DNA of 64,000 bases from Eledone cirrhosa. Taxonomy: Eukaryota. The stretch is from contig OZ024744.1 of assembly GCA_964016885.1 (NCBI GenBank), positions 102,052,001 to 102,116,000 on the forward strand. Reading direction: 5' to 3'. Positions within the stretch are counted from its first letter, which is position 1. Every line of letters begins with the position of its first letter. A program made the translations under genes and the position numbers. The notes under the pieces are model-generated. The model searched no databases. It saw only the letters and a list, made by a program, of their open reading frames with translations, and was not told the origin of the DNA. Below are positions 17,908 through 30,200 of this stretch, piece by piece.

Positions 17908-19326
17908 TGATGACATGAGTAACCAGTTTTCTTTGTGACATTGTGTATATATATGACTGTAAGATTTACAGAGTTCAAAGTGATGTATATAATATATTGT
18001 AAAAAAGTACAGCTATGTTAAAAATAATATAAACATTGTTTCTGATATAGCATAGTTCTTATTTAACAAACTGACAACCAATTCAATGCATTATTTACTG
18101 GCTAACACCAGTGTAGCAAGTTCATAATACAAGGCGTATATATACATTTCTCACAGCTTTGGTAAAAACCCTGTACTATTTGTATAGATATGAATTTATA
18201 ATATACTTCAGTTACTTACTGCATAATTTTTAATTGCATTAGCTACCACTATAATTATGCAAATTAGTAGGACGAGTTCTTTCCTTCTGCCACAACTTTC
18301 AAATGATATATAATTGTCCTTAGAAAAAAATGTATTTTGACATGAAAATGATTAAACAGAAAGTGGATTTTTGTGTGGTCAAACTGTGCTACAGGGCTCT
18401 ACTGTGGTACCTAATAATAATAATACTAGCCACAAGGTCTGAAACACTAGGATGGTGTTCAAAGCAGGCTAGTCCACTTCAATTTTAAGGGAAGGAAGGC
18501 CCCTTTTAGACTGTTTAGGCAAACTGGAAAGACAGTATTGTGCCAAAAAGATCCTCCGAAAGGAAATGCTGTTGATTACTATAAACTGATCTCAGGCTTA
18601 ACCTTTATATGGAAGCTAATGATGGGAATCATATCTGAACATTTATATGAATTCTTTGAAGCCAATGAAAAACTACCTGTGGAAAAAAAATGGTACTGGA
18701 AGAAAAGCTGTGGAACAGAATGGTGCTTAAAGATTGTAAGAGGTGTCACAAGAATTTGAGAATGTCTTGGATCAATTATAACAAAGGTTAAGATATGGTT
18801 CTCCATTGCTGGATCTTAGAAAGTTTAGAACTGCCACAAGTTTCAGACAACATAACTAACTTTGTTTGGTGAATTTCTGGTGAAGGTAAACATCAAGAGA
18901 GGAATATTTCAGAGTGATAACCTATCACTGTTGTTGTTTGTTATTTGTATGATCCCCTGGCACACATTTTACGGAAGGTTCAGGCAGGGTACACATTAAA
19001 AAGTGGGGAAAAGCTGAAACGTTTGCTCTTTATGGACGATTTGAAGGTCTTCACTAGAAGTGAGAGTGAAAAAAAATAGATTGGTTTCAACAGTACAGAT
19101 ATTTGGTAGGAATATTGGGATGGAATGTGGAGAATATAAAGAAGTGTGGAGGAAAAGTGGTTACATCTGAAGGAGTAGAGTTACCCAATGGAGGAAGGAT
19201 CAATGACATTGAAGAAGCAGGATATAGATATAAGGGTGTACTAGAATATGATTAGATTAAGGAAAAAGGGAGATATTTTCAAAGGAATACAAAAAGGTAA
19301 CATGTGTACTTAGGCAGGTTTAAGAT

Positions 19327-19513
19327 AATTGTTTCTACTTTTGGCACAAGGCCAGCAATTATCACAGTGCATTAGTGGTACTTTATTTTATCGACCCAGT
19401 AAGGATGAAAGGCAAAGTTAACCTCAGTGGGATTTGAACTCAGAATGTCAAGGGCTGTAAATATGCGTCAAAGCATGGCGTCCAACCCTCTATCGATACT
19501 GCCAATCCACCAC
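19327..19513 (-). mobile_element. tRNA-derived SINE (Octopus OK/Nin-domain-like)
   Basis: The reverse complement has box A tggcagtatcg, box B gagttcaaatcc and the central gcctttcatcctt-ggtcgataaaataaagtacc motif. It is inserted in the R4 element. Confidence 0.85.
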
Positions 19514-20294
19514 CCTTCAGGTTTAAGATAATGGCAATTAATTGATGGGCGGTAACAGTGTTGAGATAAAGTGCGAGAATTGTGAAATGGCCACCAGATG
19601 AGATAAAATGCCTTGATAGAATGACTAGGAAATTGATGACCATGTGTGATGCACTTCATCCTAAAAGTGATATAGACAGAAAATATGTAACAAGGAACAA
19701 AGGGAGAAAAGGATTAACAAAGTGTGAGGAATATGTGAAGTCTGAGGAGAATAATCATGCTTGGTATATCAGGAATTCTTCCGAATTCCTGATAAAAGCA
19801 GTAAAAGGAAATGTCATTGATACTGAAAATATTAAACTTAAGAATAACTAAAAACAGGGAAAAGAAAAACGAAAGATTGGTTAAATGGAAAGGAAGAATA
19901 ATGTGTGGACAATTTATGAGAGAAATGTCAGGTACAACTCATAAGGAGAAGTCTTGAGACTGGTTTAGGGAATCTGACTTCAAAACTGAAACTTTTATTT
20001 TCTCCACTTAAGAGCAATCAGAACTAACTTGATAAAAAACAAAATATGTAAAACTGTAGATTCACCTCTATGCAGACTATGTGGTGAAATGAGGGAGAGT
20101 GTGAGTCACATCGTAAGTGAATGCCCAAAATTAGTCTAAAGAAAGTACAAGAGAAGACACAATGCAGATGTTAAGATTATCCCTTGGAATCTCTGTGGAA
20201 AGTCTCATCTGGAATGAAATGAACTGTGGTATGAACATCAACCAGTGGAAGTAGTTGAGAATCATGATGTAAAGGTTTTATGGGACTTGACTAT

Positions 20295-20605
20295 ATCATC
20301 ATCATCGTCATTTTACGTCCGCTTTTTCCCTGTTTGCAAGGGTGGGACGGGAACTGATTCTGGCTTGATTTCTACAGCTCGATGCCCTTCCTAACACCAA
20401 CCTCATTTACAGTGAGTGCTGGGTGCTTTTTTTCCATGGCACCTACATGTCCACTTTTTACAGTGTGGGCTGGGTGCTTTTATGCCGTGACACCTCCACG
20501 ACCCCTTTACAGTGTGGGCTGGGTGCTTTTTTTCCATGGCACCTCCACTTTACAGTGTGGGCTGGGTGCTTTTTTGCCATGGCACCTCCACGACCACTTT
20601 GTAGT
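20295..20605 (-). mobile_element. SINE-like element with RTE-derived 3' tail and internal ~45-bp subrepeats
   Basis: The end catcatcatc...gtccgctttttccctgtttgcaagggtgggacggg nearly matches the RTE LINE 3' end at 31170-31225. It has four subrepeats of tttacagtgtgggctgggtgctttt. Confidence 0.8.
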
Positions 20606-20629
20606 GGAATGATATGGACCCCAGTCCTA

Positions 20630-20777
20630 TCATCTCATTTCTACAGCTGAGTGAATTGGAGCAATGTGAAATAAAATGTCTTGCTCAAGGAAACAACACA
20701 TCACCCAGTCTGAGAATTGAACTTACAACCTTTCGATTGCAAGGCCAATGCTCTAACCACTAAGCCATGTGCCTCCA
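20630..20777 (-). mobile_element. Second tRNA-derived SINE family (CORE/OR-like)
   Basis: The reverse complement reads ggaggcacatggcttagtggttagagc (box A)...aagttcaattc (box B)...tccttgagcaagaca...ttgctccaattcactcagctg. Confidence 0.75.
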
Positions 20778-20912
20778 TATACAGTGTGATAATATTACAA
20801 CAGCAAGGAGACATAGTTGTGATAGAAAAAAATTTGGAAATGTCATGAGCTCATGGTCATACCGATCATCATAGAAACACTAGGTACTATCTCAAAGACA
20901 TTCTAAGGCTGG

Positions 20913-21141
20913 TTAACATTTTAGCATTTAAACCAGCCATATCCAGCCAGAGTTCTCTCACCTTTTTCTGATCAAACTGGCCCCAACCGGCCTCTCATAC
21001 TGATGTTAAGGTATTGTTCTCAAAATAAATAATATCAAAATCTCGTAGATTCGATATTATGTGAGATATTTATGTAAGATAATGCCTTTACTGTGAAAAT
21101 ACAATAACATATATAGAGTAATTTAAATGGTAAAGGGTTAA
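20913..21141. mobile_element. piggyBac-type MITE (TTAA-flanked)
   Basis: TTAA-cattttagc...gtaaaggg-TTAA termini (degenerate CCCTTTAGC TIR). Homologous copies lie at ~46120-46259 (inverted, ending gctaaagggTTAA) and ~50590-50793. Confidence 0.7.
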
Positions 21142-21315
21142 AGATCATTAGCCCAGCCTCCTTTTTTGGAACACTCCAGAAGGCATGCCAACTGGGAACA
21201 GCAAGGACCTTCCAATTTGTCCTGAATATCTGAGGCTGCAGATAGCAGCTTCATGTTCATTAGGGCAAATTTTCCAGTTAAATAACTGAGATACCAAAGT
21301 AATGATAATAATAAT

Positions 21316-21421
21316 AATTGTTTCTACTTTTGGCACAAGGCCAGTAATTACCCCAGTGTATTACTGGTACTTTATTTTATCGACCCCCGTAAGGATGAAA
21401 GGCAAAGTTAACCTTGGCGGG
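21316..21421 (-). mobile_element. tRNA-derived SINE (OK/Nin-like), 5'-truncated
   Basis: gtttctacttttggcacaaggcc...tcgacccccgtaaggatgaaaggcaaagttaacc, embedded in (TAA)n. Confidence 0.8.
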
Positions 21422-21452
21422 TAATAATAATAATAATAGAAAAATATATATA

Positions 21453-21671
21453 CAGTCTGTTCGCTTTTTTACGCGAACTTGAAATATGCAAATTTATTTT
21501 ATCGCACGTTGAAAAAATATTATTAAATATACATTTTATGCAAATAATGCGCTATAACGCATGTGGTTTTTAATTTTTCTTATTTATCAGAAAAATTAGA
21601 TTTGAATTACGTGAATTTGCTTTACGCGCTGTGTTCACGAACGCATCTTTGCATAAAAAGTGAACACATTG
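21453..21671. mobile_element. Tc1/mariner (pogo/Tigger-like) MITE
   Basis: TA-cagtctgttcgcttttttacgcg...ttgcataaaaagtgaacacattg-TA: imperfect ~24-bp TIRs with a TA target duplication. Confidence 0.75.
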
Positions 21672-23009
21672 TATATGTATATTTATGAATGTAAACTTTG
21701 TATATGGCAGATGTACTGGCGCAAGTGGGATTCATCGAATGCTCAGATGGGTTCCCTAGAAGTAGTTGATTGTTTTTGTTACTTGCGTGACTTAATTAGC
21801 AGCGGAGATGGATGTTCCAAAATTACAGTAGCTAAAGTGAAAACTAACAGCTATGACAGAGAGGGAAACTTGGCAATTTCTCTGAGTCAAACCATTGCAT
21901 GCTACTGACGAGACCTATGACTGGAGTAAAGTAGCAGCCAAACAAAAGGTGACTGTGTGGTGAAATAGTACTGTAGGGTCATAAAGGCTAAAAGACAGGC
22001 CTGGAAAAACTGAAGGGGGGGGGGGGGTAGAAAGAACAATATCATGTAGCTAGATGGGAAGTTAGAGGGCGGGTTTATAGGACACATAGAGAAGATGAAA
22101 GCATGAGGTTTATCAATGTTCAATGATGTGAGGATCAGAGGTGTGAAGTGTTCTGGATTGTGAACTCTTCTGAATCAAGACATTGTTGAGGAAAAGTGTT
22201 TCAGGAATGAGTCTAGTGCACTTAGCCTCACTGACACTCAGATCAAAGAGGCATGAAAATGTTACCATAAGAGGTTGCGGAATATGGAGAATGTGTTGGG
22301 AGGGAGAGGGATCACTTCCAATCGACCCAACAGAAGGACAAGTTATTGAGATCAATAGTTATACAATTAAAGAGGACATTAAGGATATGTAGAGTGGAAA
22401 AGCTGCAAAGACATCTGGGATAGTTGCAGAGATCTATATACATAAATTTGAGCGACTTCCATTTGTCTGTCCATTACACAATGAACAAAGAAGTATGTGT
22501 ATGTGTGTGTTTGTGTGAATGTATGTCTGAGTGTGTATTTTTGTAAGTGTGTCTGTGTTTGTGTGTTTATAATTATATACTCATACATATAAATATATGC
22601 ACACACACACATATGCATCAGCATGTTGAAAATAATTCTCGTATTGAAAACATCTAGCAAAGTGAGGTTTGAACTTGTTACTCACATAGTCAACCAGTTA
22701 ATACAAACCAGTTGTCATATGCAATCAATGAATGGTGCAACAGTACCGTTATTAATTACTAAAAGGCAAACACGATACTCTAGAAAAGAGCATTTAATTA
22801 TCAAGGTAATAAACTGATGGATCAAGTTATGAAAGTAAGTTTCAGCACAACTGATTAAGAATAGAATTAGATTAGAAAAAATGCAGTTTGATTTGACCCA
22901 GGATGGGAAAAAAACTGATGGACTCTTTCTATTCAGACAACTGCAAGAAGTTTCTAGCCAAGAGTAAACCACCATAGCTAACATTCATTGATCTGGAGAA
23001 GGCCATTGA

Positions 23010-23095
23010 CAGAATATCACACACTGAAGTCTGGTGGGTCAGAATATCACACACTGAAGTCTGGTGGGTCAGAATATCACACACTGAAGTCTGGC
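23010..23095. repeat. 30-bp unit in three tandem copies inside the RTE fragment
   Basis: cagaatatcacacactgaagtctggtgggt x ~2.8. Confidence 0.9.
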
Positions 23096-23719
23096 AGGCC
23101 TTTAGAAAACTAGACATGATCAATGGTTTGTGAGAATAGTACAAACCATGTACAGAGATACTGTCAGTAAAATCAGAGTTGGCAATGATTTCAGTGAAGA
23201 ATTTAGTGGGTAAATAGATGTACATTAAGGTTCACTCCTTAAACCCCTGCTGTTTATTGCGGTGCTCTCGGTCATTACTAAGGAGTTTATGACTGGTTGT
23301 TCACGGGAACCTCTGTAGGTTGAGAGTTAAATTTATGGAAGATCTAGTGAAGAAATTCCAGTTATGGAAGCAAAACCTAGATACGAAAGGGATTAGAGTA
23401 ACCTTAACAAAGACCAAAATTTTAATAAATAACTGTTTCTACTATTGGCACAAGGCCAGCAATTACCCAGTACATTACTGGTACTTTATTTAATAAATAA
23501 CAAAAGAAAACAAGAGTCTGGTACCATCAGGGAAACAGCCACACTCCATATGTAGAAAAAGGTGTAGGTAGGAAATCTATACAGCGTATTCAATGTCAAA
23601 TATGGGAACAGAAAACATATAGTGTGGTTGTAGGTAGGCTAACAGAAAAGGTGAACATAGTTTGCACAAAGGTGGTTGGTAATAAGAGACCAATGAAATA
23701 TGTTTTTTTTTTTTTCAAT

Positions 23720-24345
23720 ATGGGGAAGCTTTCATACATATGTACCTGATCTGGGGATGTGTTGACCCTCAAGAAAGTAAGCTTTCCTGCATATGTACCC
23801 GATTACACATTGTTTTCTCAATGAGCCTGTAGCAAGAGTTGCCTCCCTTGTTGTGACGATCACATCACCAATAGAGTAACGCTCTCTAGACAGGAAGTAG
23901 CTGGAGTTGCTTCCCGTTGGGGTGGCAGAGCCCTTTTTGTCACTTCCATCCCAGGACCTATAAAGGGAATAACTTTCAGCTTTCTACCTCTCATTTACCT
24001 TTCGGCTCCTGGCCTTCTAACCTGCCTGCTCCTTCGGCCAGGCGCGTTCGACTGGCAACTCTAACATGGTCTCTTGCGAGCTAACTTCAAAACGGTAACA
24101 AATAACTTTACATTATTCTTTCATCTACTACTCATTGACATGTCAACCATACTGTTCTACATAACCTCAACTTGTTAATTAAACATATACACAACCTAGT
24201 GTATTGTTGTATTCATACAATCCAGTATTCTGTTATAAGCCCTATGAGACTGACTTTCCTTGATGAAAAGTCACTTGATAGAACACTGCTACTCAGATAA
24301 AATAAAGAGGAGCTTGTGTCCTGGATCAAGAGAAATACATCTCAG
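23720..24345 (+). mobile_element. Possible solo LTR
   Basis: ~620-bp block interrupting the RTE fragment, with CCAAT (23868), TATAAA (23959), a pyrimidine-rich tract and AATAAA (24301) in LTR order. No TSD or partner LTR confirmed. Confidence 0.35.
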
Positions 24346-24366
24346 TATATATCCAACTTCTGCAAT

Positions 24367-24680
24367 CTATCTATGTAATACTAAAAGTCTGTGATTGTTT
24401 GCTTTCTTGTCTGTAATGTAATACAGCCAAAAGGGCACATAATGGGAAAATACTTTGAAAGGAAGTTGCCTCTGAAATGGGAATACAAATGGAATAAAAC
24501 ATGTTTCACGTAAACCGAAGCATGGGTTCCCACGATATGGGGTTTTTCCGGGTACCTTCATAAACAGAGAGAGAAAGATAGAGCGAAAGAAATAGTGTGA
24601 GAGAGTAGATTGAAAGAGAGACATAGAGAGAGGGAGAGGAGACAGAAAAGGAAAGTGGAAGAGAGAGAAAGAGCTGGTGG
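24367..24680 (+). mobile_element. Dispersed non-autonomous repeat (Helitron-like 5' end tctatctat...tactaaaagtctgtga)
   Basis: A second copy lies at ~53884-54100 sharing tactaaaagtctgtga...gtaatgtaatacagccaaaaggg...ctgaaatgggaatacaaa. Confidence 0.55.
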
Positions 24681-25996
24681 TGTTGTGTATATATATATGT
24701 GTGTGTGTGTGTTTATGACCAGTGTATATAGATCACAGACACCCACATTTATATATACACACACACATATATATATATTTAAGTATACACACACACACAC
24801 ATTTATATATATATACATACATACACACACATATATATATATATATGGGCCTTCCAGTTTCATTTCACATTATATACATGACTATGTATATTTTAATTAT
24901 TTAAAAATTATTTTTAAGTGAACATGATTTTTTTTTTATATTTTAAAGTGAACGGGTCATGGGGGGATCTAGCAAGATCTAAAGAGCCCAAACATACAGA
25001 AGCACTTTGGACAGCGTGTATGCTAAATGCTCTCAATACATTTAAACTGATCAGGACCTCACATTCATGGTGTATTGCATGAGGTGGAAGTTGTCTTGAA
25101 ATGATCTTTTCAGAATTGAACAGCCCTTGATTTTCAGTGATGCTGCATGGTAGTGAAACATGGACTGTGATTACAGAGGACATGTGTAGGCTGGAGAGAA
25201 ATAAAACAGCCATGTTTCGTTGGACGTGCAATGTAAATGAGAGAGAAAGGCAGAGCTTGGATTAACTGAGGGAGTGACTGGGTTTAAAAGGAATCAAAAG
25301 TGGTGTGCAAGTATAGATATATGATGGACTGCGTTCATGGACGATAATCACTGAGTGTAGAAGTGCCAGAAAATGCCAGTGGAAAAAAGCTGCAGTAGAG
25401 GTAGACCAAGGAAGACCTGGGCAGAGGTGGTGAGAGCTGACCTCAAATCACTGAGACTCAAAAAGGAGATGATAAAGAATGCAGTGTGTGGAGAGATGCT
25501 GTGCTGAGAAGGACCCATCCAACCCATACAAGTGTAGAAAAATGAATGTAAAAATGATGATGATGATGATGATGAGTTCAGTGATGTGCCCTTCATGCTG
25601 TTCATCAATGTTTCCCATATTTCAGATTTTGTTATTAGCCATTCACACCACTTCTGCTGCTAAGGATTGTGGGGGAAAATATTGAGGTAAATGCTAAACT
25701 CACCATCTCACCCAATAGTTTGACAAAGTGAGTTTTGTTTGTGGTGTTTGTTTTAATTTATGTTGTTGAAACACCATATATCTGCTCAGACACTGCATAC
25801 ACATTGCAGTCATAGCACAAACAACACAGCGTATGTGTTTAGAACTGGCCATTTTTTGTGATCAGTACATCGACTACAATGTCTTTCCTGGAAATGTCTT
25901 CTTGTCTACCAATTCCTTCATCAGTGAATCAAGTTTCGTTTTCCTCTCTAGTGTCATCCATTATCTATTAGCTAGTAAGGGACCAATATTGTTGAT

Positions 25997-26195
25997 AATT
26001 GTTTCTACTTTAGGCAGAAGGCTAGAAATTTGAAGGGGTGTGAATGGCAATTAAAGTACCAATGTATTACTGGTACTTTATTTTATTGACCCCCGTAAGG
26101 ATGAAAGGCAAAGCTAACCTTGGCGAGATTTGAACTCAGAATGTAAAGGGTCGTAACTCTTTACTGCAAAGCACTCTATCAATACTGCCAATCCA
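25997..26195 (-). mobile_element. tRNA-derived SINE (OK/Nin-like)
   Basis: Same box A/box B and central motif as 19327-19513. Confidence 0.85.
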
Positions 26196-26454
26196 CAGCC
26201 CTGGATGGCAATAGCATTGAACATATATAATTTTTGGAGTCCAGAATTATCAAACAAACCGGAAAATTTCCTTTTTGAAAAATTAATGGTTTGCAGAAGA
26301 GGAACCCTACAGTTTGTGGTCATTACTGACACATGGAAGTGATTAAAGATAAGAATTATATATTTTAATAATTTATTTCTAGTATATTATTACAGAAATG
26401 TTCAACACATATTTAAATGTAGGATTAAATATACTTTAACTTTGGAGAAATAAC

Positions 26455-26735
26455 ACATAACTTTGATAGGTTTCGGCCAGTATTGGCCCAGGCCATGTCT
26501 AACTTAATAGCACTACCTGGTGAAGTCTTTCAAATCAGGATTTGGACACCGTGGCCCACTCAAGTAGAGAGTTATCGTTTTCAGAGACATATCCGAGTAT
26601 AGGAGGTTTATCTGGGATCTCTTGATGGAATTTGTCCAAAGACTTCTTGAACTTTATGGGGTCTGTTTCTGTTTTAATTTGTTTTAGTGTAATGTTAAAG
26701 AGATTGGGGCCAATTGAGGTGAAATAATTGTGCTA
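26455..26735 (-). mobile_element. 3' end of a CR1-like LINE (ORF2 C-terminus + 3' UTR stem-loop)
   Basis: The minus strand translates HNYFTSIGPNLFNITLKQIKTETDPIKFKKSLDKFHQEIPDKPPILGYVSENDNSLLEWA*, the GPxLFN...FKxxLD...IPD-P...NSL pattern of invertebrate CR1-type ORF2 ends. It is followed by a ggcc...ggcc stem-loop. Confidence 0.75.
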
Positions 26736-26934
26736 TCATTTCTTTCCCTCATAACTTGTTGATAAATAAGTCATAGGCGCGCTACAGATAGATGTATTGT
26801 CTATAATGTGCAGAAACATCTATGACCCGTAGTAGACAACTGATGAAGGGAAAATGTCTATCTCATGTTTGTGTTCCCTTTTCTAACACTCATTATCAGT
26901 AACTACACAGCCTCGTCCCTCTAAATTCATATTT

Positions 26935-26979
<45 letters not shown>

Positions 26980-27249
26980 TATACATACATATATATAGAC
27001 ATTTATATATATATACATACATACACATACATACATATATATACATACATACATACATATATATATACATACATATATATATATATATATATACATACAT
27101 ACATGTATAATGGCTGCCCCCTCGTTATCGAATATGGCCATTGCACAAAAAAAAACAAAAAAAACATAACAACAATAATAATAATGATAATAAAATAAAT
27201 ATATATATATACACACACACACATACATATCTATATATACACATACAAT

Positions 27250-30200
27250 AACAATTAACAGTGCTGAGATCTAATGTGGCTTTTTAGCCCAGCCAATGAT
27301 CTAAAATGTCTTGCACAGTTGGCAACCAAAACATTCACTGGGAAGAGCCGGCTGTGGTTGGAGTTTGTGTACTTTTGCACGTCATTTGAGCCCTCCTGCT
27401 GATTTACACTCTCTACCACATGCTTGGCAAGCATGATGTGTAGCATCTCCAACAGCAGCCTGGTAGTCAACCACTGGTCTCACTTTATGACTGCGAAGAT
27501 GACTTTCGAGTCCGGCTTTGCTTAGGCAGAGTCTCGCACAGACGCTGCATGTCAACGCCATAGGAGGACCTTCGCTGTCTGGAAATGCAACGGCAATAAT
27601 GCCCTTCCTCACATCCCTCTTTACTTTCTCGTATGCGATTTGTGATGCCTCAAAGGCAACTTTCCCCTCATATAGGATCAGCAGCAACATTTTCCCATGT
27701 ATCAGCAGAGAGGTTAGCGTCTTTCAAAGAGACTTTCAAGGAATCCTTATACCTCTTTTTTCAGCTTATGTGAAGTCGTTTTCCTTTAACTAACTCTCCA
27801 TAAAAGAGTTGTTTTGGTATTCTAGAATCCTTCATCCTGGCAAGGTGACCACTCCAACGGAGTCTTTGCTGAAGCACAAGAGCTTCTATACTGTCACACA
27901 AAGAGCTTTCCAAAATCTCAACATCACTGATGTGGTCCCTCTAGTGAACGCCATAGATCCGTCTGAGACACATCTGATGGAAATGCTCCAATTGTTTAAG
28001 GTGGTGTTGATATATGATCCAGGTCTCGCAGGCATAAAGAAGAAAAGAGAGAACACATGCCTTGTACATCTTTACCTTTGTCTTCTTGCATATGTCTCAC
28101 TGACCCTAGAGGCGCCTTTCTAGCTTTCTGAAAGTATCACTTGCTTTCCTAATCTTGAGTAGAATTTCATTATCAAGGTTGCTGTATCAATTGACAGTGC
28201 TTCCCAGGTAGACAAACTGATCAACCACTCCAAGTCATTTACCATACACATAGATATTTGGCTCACAGTACTGCTTACCAGGGGCAGGTTGGTACATGAC
28301 GACGGTTTTCTTGAGAGTCAATCCTCGGGCAGTGCAAGCATCAGAAAATGCATTAAAAATGTGCTGCATATCGCTGTGTGCGCTACAAGATCGCAATCAT
28401 CTGCATACAAGAGGTCTCTTATGATTGATGTAAATACTTTTGTTTTTGCAGCAAAGCGCCTGATGGTTCGATATTGGATGTAAACACCATGCTCGCAATT
28501 CCTGAATGCAATATAGAAAACGATTGCAAAGTATATGGCAAACAGGGTCGGTGCTGGAATATCTCCCCGTTTCACTGAGATAGGCTCCGACATGTTACCT
28601 CTAACATTAATCAAAGCCTTCATGGAAAGACCTAACCAAAGCAAGGAACTTATCAGGGCAACCAAGTTTCTGGAGAACCTTCCACAATGCATTTCTGTTA
28701 ACAGTATCGAAAGCTTGTCAGATCGACAAAAACCTGATACAGATCCAAACCTTGTTCTATGCACTTCTCCTGGAGCTGTCTAGCTGAGAAGATCATATCA
28801 GTAGTGCCGTGTCCAGCATGAAAACCAGATTGACTTTCAACAAGAACACAATCTGCAATGTGTGTCAGCAGATGGTCCAGAAGCACCTTACATAAAATTT
28901 TTCCTACGACAGAAAGCAATGATATACCCCTATAGTTTCCACAATCATTCTTGTTACCCTTTCCCTTGTACAAGACCACCATTACTGCATCTCTCCAGTC
29001 CTCAGGTACGGATTCATTAGCCCATATCCTGCCAAACAAAGAGTGAAGATGTTGCAGAAGTCTCTCACCACCATATTGTAAGAGCTCTGCATGTATGCCA
29101 TCCATACCTAGATAACCTCCCACTGTTCATCTTCAAGATAGCTATTGCAACCTCCACAAGCGTTGGTGGTTCTGCGAGAGATACTGTCACTGGTTTTTCA
29201 GGAATGAGATTGAGGAAATCTTCATTGATGACAGACGGCTGATTCAAAAGTTCATCAAAGTGCTCTTGTCACCTTCACAAAGTCACAAAGAAGAACTTTG
29301 CCATCCTTGCTGCGAAGCGGTGTCACCAGAGAAGAAGATGGTCCATAAACTTCACGCAAGAGATTGTACAACAGCTTTGTGTTATTGGAATCTGATGCAG
29401 CTTGTATCTCATCAGCCTTCTCACTCCATCACTTATCCTTCATCTGAGAAGGACTCCACCTCACACGTGATTTCACATCCTATGCAACATATTCTTCTCC
29501 CGTGGTTTTGCTGTCAAGTAGCATGACAGAACACGCCTCTTATCAGCCAACAAGTCATTTATATGTTCATCATTCTCATTAAACCAGTCTTGATGTCTTC
29601 TCTGCACTAATCCCAGAACACGCCTGCCTACATCATAAACCGACTTTTTAAGGGTCGGCCAATCCTCACCAAGATCTGCAACATGCCTCTCTTCTTGCAA
29701 TGACCTCTTCACATTTTTATCTCCAAGACGAGCAGCATTCTATCTCCTAGGCAGGGTAACACCAGGAGCCCGGATTTTACATTTAGTAATTAGTTTCACT
29801 TTTGCGCGTACCAGGTGGTGGTCCGTCCAGCACTCAGCTCCACGAAGAGCACGAACACACTGAACATCCCGTCCGTCACGCATCCTGACAAGGACGTAGT
29901 CCAAAAGATGCCATTCCTTAGATGCAGGATGCATCCATGTAGTCTTAAATTTGTTCTTTTGTTGGAACATCGTGTTGGTATCACACAGATCCAGCTCCTC
30001 ACACATCTGCAGCAGGAGCATGCCATTGTTGTTACACTTTCCCACCCCATGCTTTCCGATTACATTCCATGTGTTAAAATCCCTACTCACTCTAGCATTA
30101 AAGTCACCAAGCACAATGACCTTATCTGCCTGAGGGATATTTCTTAAAACACCTTTCAAGGCATGGTAGAAAGACAAATTTTATTCATCAACAGAATTCA

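Larger units (their letters stand above)
18440..21318 (+). mobile_element. Decayed R4/Dong-clade non-LTR retrotransposon (RT + CCHC + restriction-like endonuclease), interrupted by SINEs and a MITE
   Basis: Manual translation gives RGIFQSDNLSLLLFVICMIP (~18898), LLFMDDLKVF (~19023), ALHPKSDIDRKYVTRNKGRKGL (ORF 19582..19851), CRLCGEMRESVSHIVSECPKL..KYKRRHN (~20071-20163), WYEHQPVEVVENHDVKVLWD (~20227) and PIIIETLGTISK (~20862). It is preceded and ended by (TAA)n runs (18412, 21300), typical of Dong/R4 elements. Many stops and frameshifts. Confidence 0.85.
21700..25575 (+). mobile_element. Heavily decayed RTE LINE in pieces (~21700-22430, 22620-23700, 24950-25575), split by later insertions
   Basis: SLEVVDCFCYLRDLISSG; LPIDPTEGQVIEI; MQFDLTQDGKKTDGLFLFRQLQE; FIDLEKAIDR; MLHGSETW; RGRPRKTWAEVVRADL; ends in a (GAT)n tail at ~25555-25573. 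Homologous to the 31170-33612 and 46770-49100 copies. Confidence 0.85.

Noticed and set aside
25880-25965. Minus-strand WMTLERKTKL resembling ENOPH1 'WQMSLDRKTT'
   Set aside because: It is flanked by stops, lacks the following LKQLQG motif and has no convincing splice sites.
26460-26510. ggcc...ggccGAAAC on the minus strand resembling a hammerhead
   Set aside because: It lacks CUGANGA and stem I, and is better explained as the 3' UTR stem-loop of the CR1-like LINE.
26830-26930. CTGATGA-agggaa...tccct next to (TA)n
   Set aside because: There is no intact GAAA, stem III or stem I. At most it is a dead hammerhead remnant.
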